Part shown: positions 26,481 to 39,300 of the stretch, one piece after another | How positions within the stretch are numbered: position 1 is the stretch's first letter | How the letters are laid out: the number at the start of each line of letters is the position of its first letter | Source: Octopus vulgaris | Lineage: Eukaryota | Length of the DNA stretch: 64,000 bases | Assembly (NCBI GenBank): GCA_951406725.2 | Contig: OX597816.1 | Coordinates: forward strand, 172,360,001-172,424,000 | Reading direction: 5' to 3' | Made by a program: the position numbers and the translations under genes | The notes under the pieces: generated by a model | Seen by the model: only the letters and a program-made list of their open reading frames with translations | Database searches by the model: none | What the model was told of the DNA's origin: nothing

Positions 26481-26799
26481 TGTATGACATCATAATCCCA
26501 TGATTATTTTCATTCCAATGTATTATTATGTTTACCATTAAGTCCTTTATGAATAATTTTATTTGTTAAACCATCACTGTTGAATTAAATAAATGTTTGT
26601 ACTGACTTGATCATCATTTTTAATATACTTGCCTAATAATTTGTGACAGTAAAAATGTTGCCCAATCACAAAAATGGGCGCCAAATGTTGGCATCTGCAC
26701 AGATCCGATTTATTTTAACAGAATGTGCATAGATAGGTTTTGTCAACAGTCAGTGGGAAAACAACTGGTTTTGAATGTTTGTTTTGTTTTTGTTTTTGT

Positions 26800-27012
26800 T
26801 TTTCCAGTTTCAGCTCTTGAGCTGTGGCCATGCTGGGGCACCGCCATTGTGGTGAAAGAGTACAGCAGGGATCACCACCCCCTGCCGGAGCCTCGTAGAG
26901 CTTTTAGGTGTTTTCGCTCAATAAACACACACAACGCCCGGTCTGAGAATCGAAACCGTGATCCTGCGACCGCGAGTCCGCTGCCCTAACCACTAGGCCA
27001 TTGCGCCTCTAC
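26800..27012 (-). mobile_element. tRNA-derived SINE family E (short form with family-A-like tail)
   Basis: Head GAGGCGCAATGGCCTAGTGGTTAGGG...GTTTCGATTC; tail GGCGGTGCCCCAGCATGGCCACAG...CTGAAAC. Confidence 0.8.
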
Positions 27013-27444
27013 AGGCATGAATATACATTTATTTATTGAGAGAAGGATGATTTGCCTAATAATGTGGGATGAAGTGTATAAATACATACATATAATCAGT
27101 ATATATATACACACACATATATATACAAATGCAGGAGATGTGGGTTCATGTCCCACAAGCAGCCTTTGACTTTTCCTGTCCAAAAGGGTTTTTTAACACA
27201 ATATGTATCAGGGCAAACCATCAAGTTAGAAGAAGGGGTATACAAGTGGTGAAGACGATTGGATAGGGAGCAAGGGCTGGTAAGTTCACTAGAGTGTAAA
27301 ACGAGTGGGTGATGGTAGGGAGAGGATGTGTCTTAATGAGGCTTTTGAGTGAAAGAGGAAGAAACAGAGACATATAACACAAAGTTCTTATGGGACAATC
27401 TACTGAGAGCAACAGACCAAATCTTTGGTTGGAGCAAAGTTTCT

Positions 27445-27676
27445 TATTTCTTTACTGCTCACAAGGGGCTACACACAGAGAGGATAAACAAAGACGGACA
27501 AATGGATTAAGTCGATTATATCGCCCCCAGTGTGTAACTGATACTTATTTAATCGACCCCGAAAGGATGAATGGCAAAGTCGACCTTGGCAGAATTTGAA
27601 CTCAGAATGTAACGGCAGATGAAATACTGCTAAGCATTTTGCCCGGTGTGCTAACGTTTCTGCCAGCTCGCCACCT
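27445..27676 (-). mobile_element. SINE family C
   Basis: Head AGGTGGCGAGCTGGCAGAAACGTTAG, core CATCCTTTCGGGGTCGA-like. 16-bp TSD TTGGAGCAAAGTTTCT. Confidence 0.88.
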
Positions 27677-27933
27677 TTGGAGCAAAGTTTCTGCCAGACC
27701 AAGGATGACATGGTAATAGAATAGCAAGGATGACAGGGTTAGGGTTAGCGACCATAAAAGAGAAGAGACAGGTTTAGAAAGAGTGAAAAAGTGGAGGTAG
27801 CAAAGAACCATATCAGATAGCTAAAAGGGAAGCTTAGGCATCAGGTTTATCAAGCTAGGGCAGAAGCAGAAAAGAAGAGGTTTGCCAATGTCTTACAGCA
27901 TGAAGAACAAAAACTTGTTTCAGATTGTTAGAC

Positions 27934-28353
27934 AGGCGCAGGAGTGGCTGTGTGGTAAGTAGCTTGTTTACCAACCAAATGGTTCCGGGTTCAGTTCCAC
28001 TGCGTGGCACCTTGGGCAAGTGTCTTCTACTATAGCCTCGGGCCGACCAAAGCCTTGTGAGTGGATTTGGTAGACGGAAACTGAAAAGAAGCCCGTCGTA
28101 TATATGTATATATATATATATATCTATGCATGTGTGTGTTTGTGTGTCTGTGTTTGTCCCCCCCCTCGCATTGCTTGACAACCGATGCTGGTGTGTTTAT
28201 GTCCCCGTTACTTAGCGGTTCGGCAAAAGAGACCGATAGAATAAGTACTGGGCTTACAAAAGAATAAGTCCCGGGGTCGAGTTGCTCGACTAATGGTGGT
28301 GCTCCAGCATGGCCGAAGTCAAATGACTGAAACAAGTAAAAGAGTAAAGAGAG
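27934..28353 (+). mobile_element. SINE family A
   Basis: Family A consensus. Confidence 0.92.
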
Positions 28354-28697
28354 TGCATCACAGAGAACTAAAATGTTGTGGGAGAGAAGTGTGTACAGTT
28401 GGATAAGAGTAAGATTGCACTTGATGATTCTGACAAAGAAAGAGACATTTAATAGCTTTTCCCAGTAGCTCTTCCATGTGGAGAATGATTGGGAGAAAGA
28501 GAGCCTCTCCTATATGAACCTAGCCGAGGGACCAACTATCTTAGTTGACAGCAGTATGATAGATAAGGCAGTTATGAAGATGATCACTTAAAGTGGATGG
28601 AACTTGTAGACAAGGGAGACATAGGACAAAATATTGAAGACTAATCTCAAGGGCCTTGATTTTTCAACACTTATACAAGTCTCACACAATTATAACA

Positions 28698-28919
28698 TCT
28701 CTTTACTCTTTTACTCTTTTACTTGTTTCAGTCATTTGACTGCGGCCATGCTGGAGCACCGCCTTTAGTCAAGCAAATCGACCCTGGGACTTATTCTTTT
28801 GTAAGCCCAGTACTTATTCTATCGGTCTCTTTTGCCGAACCGCTAAGTAATGGGGACATAAACACACCAGCATCGGTTGTCAAGCAATGCTAGGGGGACA
28901 AACACAGACACACAAACAC

Positions 28920-28952
<33 letters not shown>

Positions 28953-29113
28953 CATATATACGACGGGCTTCTTTCAGTTTCCATCTACCAAATCCACTCA
29001 CAAGGCATTGGTCGGCCCGGGGCTATAGCAGAAGACACTTGCCCAAGATGCCACGCAGTGAGACTGAACCCGGAACCATGTGGTTGGTTAGCAAGCTACT
29101 TACCACACAGCCA
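28698..29113 (-). mobile_element. SINE family A
   Basis: Family A consensus. Confidence 0.92.
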
Positions 29114-29272
29114 TGAAGTATTGGAATATGCAGATGAGCTTCAAAAGGGGACAACTTGGATTATAACACTATCTGCATGAATGTATATATTCGTATCTAT
29201 ATACACGTGTGTGTGTGTATGTATATACACACACTCACACCTTATATGTATATTCATATACATAGCTTATAT

Positions 29273-29696
29273 AGGCGCAGGAGTGGCTGTGTGGTAAGTA
29301 GCTTGCTAACCAACCACATGGTTCTGGGTTCAGTCCCACTGCGTGGCATCTTGGGCAAGTGTCTTCTGCTATAGTCCCGGGCCAACCAATGCCTTGTGAG
29401 TGGATTTGGTAGAAGGAAACTGAAAGAAGCCCGTCGTATATATGTATGTAAATATATATATATATATATGTGTGTATGTGTTTGTGTGTCTGTGTTTGTC
29501 TCCCTAGCATTGCTTGACAACCGATGCTGGTGTATTTACGTCCCTGTCACTTAGCAGTTCGGCAAAGGAGACCGATAGAATAAGTACTGGGCTTACAAAG
29601 AATAAGTCCTGGGGTCGATTTGCTCGACTAAAGGCGGTGCTCCAGCATGGCCGCAGTCAAATGACTGAAACAAGTAAAAGAGTAAAAGAGTAAGAG
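29273..29696 (+). mobile_element. SINE family A
   Basis: Family A consensus. Confidence 0.92.
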
Positions 29697-30059
29697 TTAT
29701 ATGAACAAAATAAAGCAGAAATTCAATTCAACTGAACTGAGATTTTCAAAGGAAATGTCAAGTAAATTACAAAATTAACCAGTTAAAATTGTGTACGTAA
29801 TGAGAAAGACAGTAAACTTGTAGGTTTTGCCTATATTTGTTTGGCAGATTGGCATTATATTTCCTCACATACTATATAATGGAAGAAGAAAAGGATGATG
29901 ATGATGATGATCACACAGTTGTAAAATACTGCCTCAATAGGTCTTCATTCAACCTATGACAGTGTAGAGAAGTGGATGTAAAAATTAAATGAATAAATAT
30001 GTGTATGTATGTGTGTAGATATACACACACACACACGTGTATGTGCAATCTTCTTTTAT

Positions 30060-30454
30060 CTTCTATCTTTTACTTGTTTCAGTCATTTGACTGCGGCCAT
30101 GCTGGAGCACCGCCTTTAGTCGAGCAAATCGACCCCGGGACTTATTCTTTGTAAGCCCAGTACTTATTCTATCAGTCTCTTTTGCCGAACCGCTAAGTAA
30201 CAGAGACGTAAACACACCAGCATCGGTTGTCAAGCAATGCTAGGGAGACAAACACAGACACACAAACGACACAACATATAAATATATATATACATATATA
30301 CGACAGGCTTCTTTCAGTTTCCGTCTACCAAATCCACTCACAAGGCATTGGTCGGCCCGGGGCTATAGCAGGAGACACTTGCCCAAGATGCCACGCAGTG
30401 GGACTGAACCCGGAGCCATGTGGTTGGTTAGCAAGCTACTTACCACACAGCCAC
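30060..30454 (-). mobile_element. SINE family A
   Basis: Family A consensus. Confidence 0.92.
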
Positions 30455-30743
30455 TTGCATATTTATCACTTTATATGGTAAACATTGTTGGTAAAAATCC
30501 AATCATACTTGTGTGCGGTAAGTATGTTTCTCATTCCAAAACTATCCATCTCCCGTTCTATCCCAAAAGTGCATTTGTTACTATTCCTAGTAAAATCAAT
30601 GTTCTCGTCAGCTTTTCATTTGACACCACTCACAAATATGCCAATACTCTTTATGTGTTTTCTCTTTTCTAAACCACATCAACTCTTTTAAGAAAATGCA
30701 TACATTACAGCATAATCAGCAAATATTTTACTATCTATCTATT

Positions 30744-31362
30744 CGCTCAGTCGAAGTCGACTCTCGGTTCTATCCTGGGCCGCTTCTTTCAGATTGGCTA
30801 TGTCCATTCCGGTATCACTCTTGATGGTGTCAAGCCAGCGGGTTCTTGGTTGGCCTCTTCCTCTCTTGCCACTGACCATTCCGAGCCTGATGTCCTTCTC
30901 CAGGGATTTTCTCCGCATAATATGACCGAAATATGCCAATCTATGCTTGGTGATCCTAGCTTCTAACAACATTTTCGGCCTGATCTGCTTAAGATATATA
31001 TATCCGCTCAGTCAAAGTCGACTCTCGGTTACTCGATGGATCAGTGTCCTCCAGTCAGTTCTATCCTGGGCCGCTTCTTTCAGATTGGCTATGTCCATTC
31101 CGGTATCACTGTTGATGGTGTCAAGCCAGCGGGTTCTTGGTTGGCCTCTTCCTCTCTTGCCACTGACCATTCCGAGCATGATGTCCTTTTCCAGGGATTT
31201 TCTCCGCATAATATGACCGAAATATGCCAATCTATGTTTGGTGATCCTAGCTTCTAGTGACATTTTTGACCTGATCTGCTTAAGAACTTCTCCATTGGTG
31301 AGCCTTGCTGTCCATGGAATCCATAAAAGTCTTCTCCAACACCAAAGCTCAAATGCATTAAT
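30744..31362 (-). mobile_element. RTE-BovB-like LINE 3' end, present twice in tandem
   Basis: INAFELWCWRRLL.IPWTAR...YFGHIMRR.SLEKDIMLG...RGRGQPRTRWLD. Two copies at 30744-30993 and 31004-31362. Confidence 0.9.
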
Positions 31363-31523
31363 ATATTTTACAGTATTCATTTATTCATTTGTTACATTTT
31401 GTGGACAATGGAATCAATAATAAAAGGTTTGTTGTTAGACAATCACTGCTTCATAGCATGTCACAGATCGAAAGGGACAATCTAGTCTCTAACTCAATGT
31501 ATTTCAAGGGACTTCATTCTTAA

Positions 31524-31743
31524 CCTTTTTGTTACTGCATTTATTTTGAGATGCTCTGTGTTTCTTTCAATTATTTTAAATATAACAAAGAATTTAGTAA
31601 AATAACTAAGTTATCATTAAGCTAGTATAAGGAACATAAATTGTGACTAAGGTTTGATGGAAGATTTTTATTCAAAACTTATGAAAACAAGACATTTGTA
31701 CTCAGAGCCAGAGCTGGTTTCAGCCGGGTTGGTAACGAAAGGG
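31524..31743. mobile_element. piggyBac-type MITE
   Basis: Same 220-bp family, TTAA on the left flank. Confidence 0.85.
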
Positions 31744-31795
31744 TTTAAGTAACAGACTTTTGGTTTTTCTTCTTGATCTATATCTTTTGCTGGTG

Positions 31796-32170
31796 AGGCT
31801 GTGTGGTAAGAAGCTTGCTTTCCAACCACATGGTTCCGGGTTCAGTCCCACTGCATAGCACCTTGGGCAAAGCCTTGTGAGTGGATTTGGTAGATGGAAA
31901 CTGAAAGAAGCTCATCATATATACATACATGTGTGTGTGTGTGTGTGTGAGTATCTTTGTGTTTGTTCCCCCATCACCGCTTGTCAATCGGTGTTGGTGT
32001 GTTTACATCCCCATGGCTTAGCAGTTCAGCAAAGAGAACAATACAATAAGTACTAGGCTTAAAACAATAAATCCTGAGGTCAATCTGTTCAACAAAAACC
32101 CTTCAAGGCGGTACTCCAGCATTGCCACAGTCAACTGGCTGAAACAAATAAATGAAAAAGAATAAAAGAA
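31796..32170 (+). mobile_element. SINE family A, diverged
   Basis: Degenerate family A with an internal deletion. Confidence 0.8.
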
Positions 32171-32217
32171 TAAATATATCGATGAAAGATCTATCCATTG
32201 TTATTATCATCACATAA

Positions 32218-32432
32218 AGAGGCAGATTGGCAGAACTGTTATCACACTGAGCAAAGTGCTTCATGACATTTTGTTTGTCTTTACATTCTGAGTTCAAATT
32301 CCACCGAGGTCAACTTCGCCTTTCATCCCTTCGGGGTGGATAAATTAAAGTATCAGTTGAATACCGGGGTTGATGTAATTGGCTTCTTACTCCTCCCCTT
32401 AAACTGCTGGCCCTGTGCCAAAATTTGAAACC
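32218..32432 (+). mobile_element. SINE family C, diverged
   Basis: GAGTTCAAATTCCACCGAGGTCAACTTCGCCTTTCATCC core. Confidence 0.75.
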
Positions 32433-32769
32433 AGTTATTATCATCACATCTGCTTCATGAACCACTATTTTAGACAGATACCCTTGCTATGTGAACTCTA
32501 ACTTTCAAGTGATGTACTTCATTTCCCTGGTCTTTTTGCATTGAACTGCAAAGTAACTAATAATGAAATATGCTACATACAAATATATGCAAAGTGCATT
32601 TTCACAGTTTCCATCTACCAGAATATACTCCAAAGGTCAACTCAAGGCTATGAAGGAAGAAATTTACTCAAGTAATGTGCACAGGGATCAAACCTAAACC
32701 ATATGGCTGTAAAATGAATTTCCCTGCCATAGGACCATACCTCAACAACTTTTTTAGTTATGTTCCTTT

Positions 32770-32932
32770 AGGCTCCAACACATTTTTACCACCGAGTTTA
32801 CAAGTTTGTTTATTCCAGTAACATAAAAATCTGGAATTCTGGAGCTGATGAACGCATTTTCAGTATTGGTTTGATTTTTGAACTCCTTCCCTCACAGAAA
32901 ACCATTAAGATACTTGAAAAAGTGGTAGTCGA
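32770..32932 (-). mobile_element. mariner (Hsmar1-like) transposase C-terminal fragment
   Basis: DYHFFKYLNGFL, followed by FYVTGINKLV. Confidence 0.7.
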
Positions 32933-34092
32933 TAGTGCTGCCTGACTGGCTCCCATGCCAGTGGCACATAAAGAGCACCATTTGAGTGTGGCTGTTACCA
33001 GTGCTGCCTGACTGGCTCCCATGCCAGTGGCACATAAAGAGCACCATTTGAGTGTGGCTGTTACCAGTGCTGCCTGACTGGCTTCCATGCCAGTGGCACA
33101 TAAAGAGCACCATTTGAGTGTGGCTGTTACCAGTGCTGCCTGACTGGCTCCCATGCCAGTGGCACATAAAGAGCACCATTTGAGTGTGGCTGTTACCAGT
33201 GCTGCCTGACTGGCTCCCATGCCAGTGGCACATAAAGAGCACCATTTGAGTGTGGCTGTTACCAGTGCTGCCTGACTGGCTCCCATGCCAGTGGCACATA
33301 AAGAGCACCATTTGAGTGTGGCTGTTACCAGTGCTGCCTGACTGGCTCCCATGCCAGTGGCACATAAAGAGCACCATTTGAGTGTGGCTGTTACCAGTGC
33401 TGCCTGACTGGCTTCCATGCCAGTGGCACATAAAGAGCACCATTTGAGTGTGGCTGTTACCAGTGCTGCCTGACTGGCTCCCATGCCAGTGGCACATAAA
33501 GAGCACCATTTGAGTGTGGCTGTTACCAGTGCTGCCTGACTGGCTTCCATGCCAGTGGCACATAAAGAGCACCATTTGAGTGTGGCTGTTACCAGTGCTG
33601 CCTGACTGGCTTCCATGCCAGTGGCACATAAAGAGCACCATTTGAGTGTGGCTGTTACCAGTGCTGCCTGACTGGCTCCCATGCCAGTGGCACATAAAGA
33701 GCACCATTTGAGTGTGGCTGTTACCAGTGCTGCCTGACTGGCTTCCATGCCAGTGGCACATAAAGAGCACCATTTGAGTGTGGCTGTTACCAGTGCTGCC
33801 TGACTGGCTTCCATGCCAGTGGCACATAAAGAGCACCATTTGAGTGTGGCTGTTACCAGTGCTGCCTGACTGGCTTCCATGCCAGTGGCACATAAAGAGC
33901 ACCATTTGAGTGTGGCTGTTACCAGTGCTGCCTGACTGGCTCCCATGCCAGTGGCACATAAAGAGCACCATTTGAGTGTGGCTGTTACCAGTGCTGCCTG
34001 ACTGGCTTCCATGCCAGTGGCACATAAAGAGCACCATTTGAGTGTGGCTGTTACCAGTGCTGCCTGACTGGCTTCCATGCCAGTGGCACATT
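32933..34092 (+). repeat. 66-bp minisatellite, ~17.5 units, within an RTE 3' UTR
   Basis: Unit GTGCTGCCTGACTGGCTYCCATGCCAGTGGCACATAAAGAGCACCATTTGAGTGTGGCTGTTACCA; units differ only at Y. Confidence 0.97.
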
Positions 34093-34328
34093 AAAAGCAT
34101 CATTCAAGCATGGTTGATGCCAGTGCTGCCAGACTCACCCCTGTGCTGGTGGCACATAAAAAGCACCCACTACACTCTTGGAGTGGTTGGTGTTAGGGAT
34201 GGCATCCAGCTGTAGAAACCTTGCCAGATCAGATTGGAGCCTAGTGCAGCCTCCTGGCTTGTTAGTCCTCAGTCAAACTATCCAACCCATGCCAGCATGC
34301 AAAGCGGATGTTAAATGATGATGATGAT
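34093..34328 (+). mobile_element. RTE LINE 3' tail following the array
   Basis: Terminal unit, GGCATCCAGCTGTAGAAA and (GAT)n. Confidence 0.85.
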
Positions 34329-34631
34329 ATGTATTATTAATAAAGCTGCAAAGACATCACAAAAAACTGTTACTCAGAGTTTCACGTTCCTGTTTGTAGG
34401 ACAGTTTTAGTCGAGAATGGAACATAAAATAAGGTTATATTTTTCTTCCATTCTCGACCAAAGCTGTCCGACGAACAAGAACCTGAAACTCTGAGTAACA
34501 GTTTTTGTGATGTCTTTGCAGCTTAATTAATAAAGCATGTTACTCTACCTCCAGTATTCGAATACTATTTTTTCCACCTTGTTTCACATTTATGTGTTTA
34601 CTCTGGTATGTATGTATGTATATATGTATAT

Positions 34632-35020
34632 ACTCTTTACTCTCTTTTACTTGTTTCAGTCATTTGACTGCAGCCATGCTGGAGCACCGCCTTTACTCGA
34701 GCAACTTGACCCCAGGACTTATTCTTTTGGAAGCCCAGTACTTATTCTATCGGTCTCTTTTGCCGAACTGCTAAGTAACGGGGACATAAACACACCAGCA
34801 TCGGTTGTCAAGCAATGCTAGGGGGGACAAACACAGACACACAAACACACACATATATATATATACATATATACGACGGGCTTCTTTCAGTTTCCGTCTA
34901 CCAAATCCACTCACAAGGCTTTGGTCAGCTCGAGGCTATAGTAGAAGACACTTGCCCAAGGTGTCACGCAGTGGGACTGAACCCGGAACCATGTGGTTGG
35001 TAAACAAGCTACTTACCACA
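34632..35020 (-). mobile_element. SINE family A
   Basis: Family A consensus. Confidence 0.92.
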
Positions 35021-35577
35021 CGTGTGTATTATATTTATGTATAGATATGTATGTACTTATATGTACTCGTTTGTATAAATAGGATCCTGGTTTCAATAAA
35101 AATATTTGCTTTTCTTTTCCTCACTTTCCTTCTATTATGTAGTATGTGATGAAACATGATACCCATCTGCCAAACAAATATAGGCAAAACCTACATGTTT
35201 ACTGTCTTTCTGTTTATGTACACAACTTTAACTGGTTATTAGTGTAAACCAAAACCATGTGGTTGGGAAGCAAACTTCTATCATACAGCTATGCCTGCCC
35301 TGAAACTCTCAGATCAAATGATTTAGTCATTCCTTCATACTGCTTCTGTTGCTATTCATTGTCACGAACATTCTCCTATTCTTAAGGCCAACACCCTCCA
35401 ATTTTTTAAGTAGGGAAATTTTTTTACGTCACAAGTGGATAGTTACAGGATATATCATTTACAAATAAGCAACAGAGTAACTCAAGTTCCAAGAGTTTCG
35501 TGCTTTGGCACTTATCAAACATATATACTACACATATACTCATATTTTGAGTTTTATTTATCCTCTATGCACCAACA

Positions 35578-35616
<39 letters not shown>

Positions 35617-35619
35617 ATA

Positions 35620-36660
35620 TTGGATCATCTCATAAATAATGTGGGTTTTTCAACTGCAATGAACTAAAAGTTGGAGGGGGCAGGGCAGGATAAACTAACA
35701 GGATGAGTAAAACGTAAGCAACATTTTGAAACTCCTTCTTTTGCAGGAAACCATCAAGGTACTTGAAAAAGTGGTAGTCGGTGGGAGAAAGGTCTGGGGA
35801 ATAAGCTGTGTGGGGAAGAACTTCATGACCAAATTCCCTTCAACTTCTGGAGCGTCATTAGTGAAATGTGTGGTCAAGCATTGTCATGAAGAATGACGGG
35901 TCTTCTTCTGTTGACCAGGCAGAGAAGTAGCAGTTTTTTTTATCATTTTGGCAATTTCATGGCAATATGTTTCTGCAGTAATGGTTTTTCCAGGTTTTAA
36001 GAAGTTATATTGGGTGAGTCCAGCAATACACCACTAAATAGTTCCCATAGCCCTCTTTTTGAAGAACTCGGGTTTAGAGGAGGTTTTTGGTGCTTCATTT
36101 TGGTCCACCCACTGCGACGAACGTTTTTTTTATTATAGCACAGAATCTGCTTTCCATTGCAAGTTACAATATGGTTGAGAAATGGATCAGTCTGGTTACG
36201 GAGAAGAAGCGACGTGCAAATTTCATACCTGCGCATTTTCTGATTTTCATTCAAATCGTGTGGTACCCTTTTGTCGAGCTTTTTTGATTTTTCCAATCAC
36301 ATGCAAATGGTTGCAGGCAGTTTTCTGGCTAATGTGAAATTATTTTGCCAGTTCTCAAGTAGTGGTACATGGATCTTTCTCAATGATAGTCTTCAATTGA
36401 TTGTCATTAATGACAAAAGGGCATCCGCTATAGTCATGATTTTCAGAGGCTCAGGTCTCCACTGTGAAATTGTTTAAACCCTTTTTGAACAGACCACTGA
36501 CTGGTCATTTCCTCACCAAACATTTCATTGATATCATGAGCAGTTTCAGCTGCTTTACGTCCTTTTTCAAGTTGAATAGCAAAATTGCTTAAATATTGCA
36601 CTTTGGCAGTTCCATTTCAGATGATTGTAACAATAGTGAAAGAAATATCAATGTTAATTT
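35620..36660 (-). mobile_element. Degenerate mariner (Hsmar1/cecropia-like)
   Basis: KKLDKRVPHDLNENQKMRRYEICTSLLLRN..PFLNHIVTC (WVPHEL motif) and TDYHFFKYLD. Confidence 0.85.
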
Positions 36661-36829
36661 ATTGATGCGTTTGGGCAAGTCTATGTCTGTATTATCAGAC
36701 AATTTCAAAAAAATGTTTTAAAAAATTCAAAATTCTTCGAAAATCCAGTACAAATTCTTCATGGTTCAAAACGTTGCTTACTTTTTAATTAACCTGATAC
36801 CTGCATCAACTTGCTACAAAAGCAGGTAG

Positions 36830-36990
36830 TAATTTTACCTAGTCCTTATTCTTACTGCAAGTTTTGAAGAGTGCAGTTCGATTTTAACAGTTATTCTTTC
36901 AAACGTATAATGGAAATGACAAAGAAGCATATTCGGCACATTTTGCTTTATGAGTTCAATAAAGGCAACTACGCAAACTGAAAGTGTGAA
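36830..36990 (+). mobile_element. mariner 5' fragment
   Basis: MEMTKKHIRHILLYEFNKG N-terminus, abutting a LINE fragment. Confidence 0.7.
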
Positions 36991-36994
36991 GCTA

Positions 36995-37560
36995 GACTTT
37001 CAGCGCACCCTCCCCCACTACTGACTTGGTCACCTAGGTAACAGAAGCTATCAACTACTTCTAGTTTTTCTCCCTGGAATGTGGCAGAAGTTGTTCTCTG
37101 CACATTTTCAGTGCTATTTATTGCTCCTGAGCATCTGCCACATACAAACACTATCCTCCCAGTTAGCCTTCCTATGATATTGCTGCACCTCTTATATGTC
37201 CATAGCTTACACTGGGTACATCTTACAGAGTTTCTACCTATAACTTTTCTACAGATCGAGCAGGGCCAACTAACTGAAGGGATTTGTGGTTTGCCTGCCT
37301 TCCTACTTATTAGGACTTTGGTTTTAGCTAGGTTGACTCTAAGATCCTTTGATTCTAATCCTTGTTTCCACATTTGAAACTTCTCTTCTAGTTCTGTTAG
37401 TGACTCAGCAATTAGAGCAAGGTCATCAGCATAGAGGAGCTCCCAGGGGCATCCTGTCTTGAATTCGTCCGTTATTGCTTGGAGGACTATGATAAATAGG
37501 AGGGGGCTGAGGACTGAACCTTGGTGGACCCCTACCTCTACCCTGAATTCTTCAGTGTAC
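36995..37560 (-). mobile_element. RTE LINE RT fragment (same family as 16555)
   Basis: GVHQGSVLSPLLFIIVL...ELLYADDL...WPCSICRK..CTQCKLWTYKRC..CGRC. Confidence 0.9.
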
Positions 37561-37945
37561 TTGAAAAATTCAGGGTAGATTCATAAACATAGATTTAAGT
37601 AATTAAAACTGAAACACACGTAGGCAACATGAATTTACTATTATTATAATAAATACAGTGATTATTCAGGGTACACTTTCTCCATTTTCTTTGCATTGTT
37701 AAAATTCTTCCCCTGTATCAAAAAGATGAAAACATCTATAACAACAAATGGGACTTCAAGAGTGTAAGGTACTAATGATCGGAGAAAAACCAATAAGAAC
37801 TAGTACATATATGCACTTGTGGAATTCCCAATATTGTTAATTGATACAGAGCTAAGCTAGTGGGCGCTTGGATAAATATCCCAAGGAAGGAACAACTTCT
37901 TTCCACACAGACTTATTTAACACTCGTTATATACATACACACATA

Positions 37946-38003
<58 letters not shown>

Positions 38004-38419
38004 TACATATACACATGTAAATATATACGTATTGTTGCTATTATGCAAAAGTGCTGTAAGTCCAAAACATTGCTTTTTCAGAAAACAAAAAAAAATAGTC
38101 TCACCATTCCATAGCAAGACCGTTGTACTACGCTTTGACAATTTTTGATATCTTGGCATCTGAAGCAGGTGGAAATATGATAGTTTGACCAAAAGAACTG
38201 GCTATTGCAAGCAAAAAGAAATATTGAAAAAACGCATTTGGCCAATTTTGGACGTACAACAGTTTAACACAATAACAATGATATATATATATATATATAT
38301 AAATATGGGCATTTACATTCTTAACTGTATAAACAATGAATTTCCTGAATTAGAGAGTGGATTGTACTGGCTGATATGCTTTTCACTATCCATAGGTCTA
38401 GTAACGTTAATCTTGAAAG

Positions 38420-39300
38420 GTCCTGGAAAAATTTTTTAAATTCCTTAAAGTCAATTGCCATGAAAAATGAATTTAATAAGGTTAACTTCCTTTGATGTTG
38501 CTCTTCAGTTTAAGTACAGAAATATACCAACCACATCATGAACCGAATGAATATTTAAGGTATGTAAACAGAATCTCTAATCATCCTAGAAACATCATTA
38601 ACTCTATTATTAAAACTATATCAACATGTACCTTGAGGCTTTCCGCTAATGGAAATGTATTCAGACAAAACAAGAAACACTATAACCATGCATTATCTGA
38701 AACTGAGTATAAGGAAAAAATTTACTATATCCTGAATCTCACTACTTATATAATTCCTGGTAATAAGAGAATATTAATTATGATAAGCCTTGATAGGCAT
38801 ACCTATCATACATCAAGCAATCCTATTTAAGTAAAGTAAACAATAACAAGAATAATAACGCTAATAATGATAGGTAAGCAAGTGAGTCTTAAAGATAAAC
38901 ATACTGATACAATATCTTTGATTAATATCGAGATGACTCTGAAGATAGTAAGGGTATGGTGGGTATAAACATTACTAACAATAATAATAAGTATATAGAT
39001 ATGAATAACTTAGAGTATAGGAATTATGGCTAGAGAACATCTAAATTTAGCAATAAAATTAAGGATTAAGGACCTAGTTGGTAATTTCACAAATGTTAAT
39101 ACTGATTTCAAATTTATGGTGATTAAATTATTTAATCATCATAAAGTAAAATTTTCCTAGTCAACCATCAGAAAATTGGCAGAAATTATCACGGCACATA
39201 ACGAAAGTAAAATTAGAGAGTATTACCAGAAAAACTGTCCAGAGCTACTTGATTATTCCACATTTGATTCTCAATTCTAAAAATTTTTATATTATAAGTC
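38420..39300 (+). mobile_element. Penelope-like element remnant (RT C-terminal region)
   Basis: VNF..DV...YQPHHEPN..LRYVNRISNHP.NII...RLSAN..F...Y..AL resembles the PLE RT thumb. Confidence 0.65.

Noticed and set aside
32933-34092. CRISPR array
   Set aside because: No unique spacers, no cas genes, eukaryotic context.
32810-34103. 422-aa and 403-aa repetitive ORFs as real proteins
   Set aside because: They arise from a stop-free 66-bp unit in the antisense of a LINE 3' UTR; there is no splice or domain evidence.
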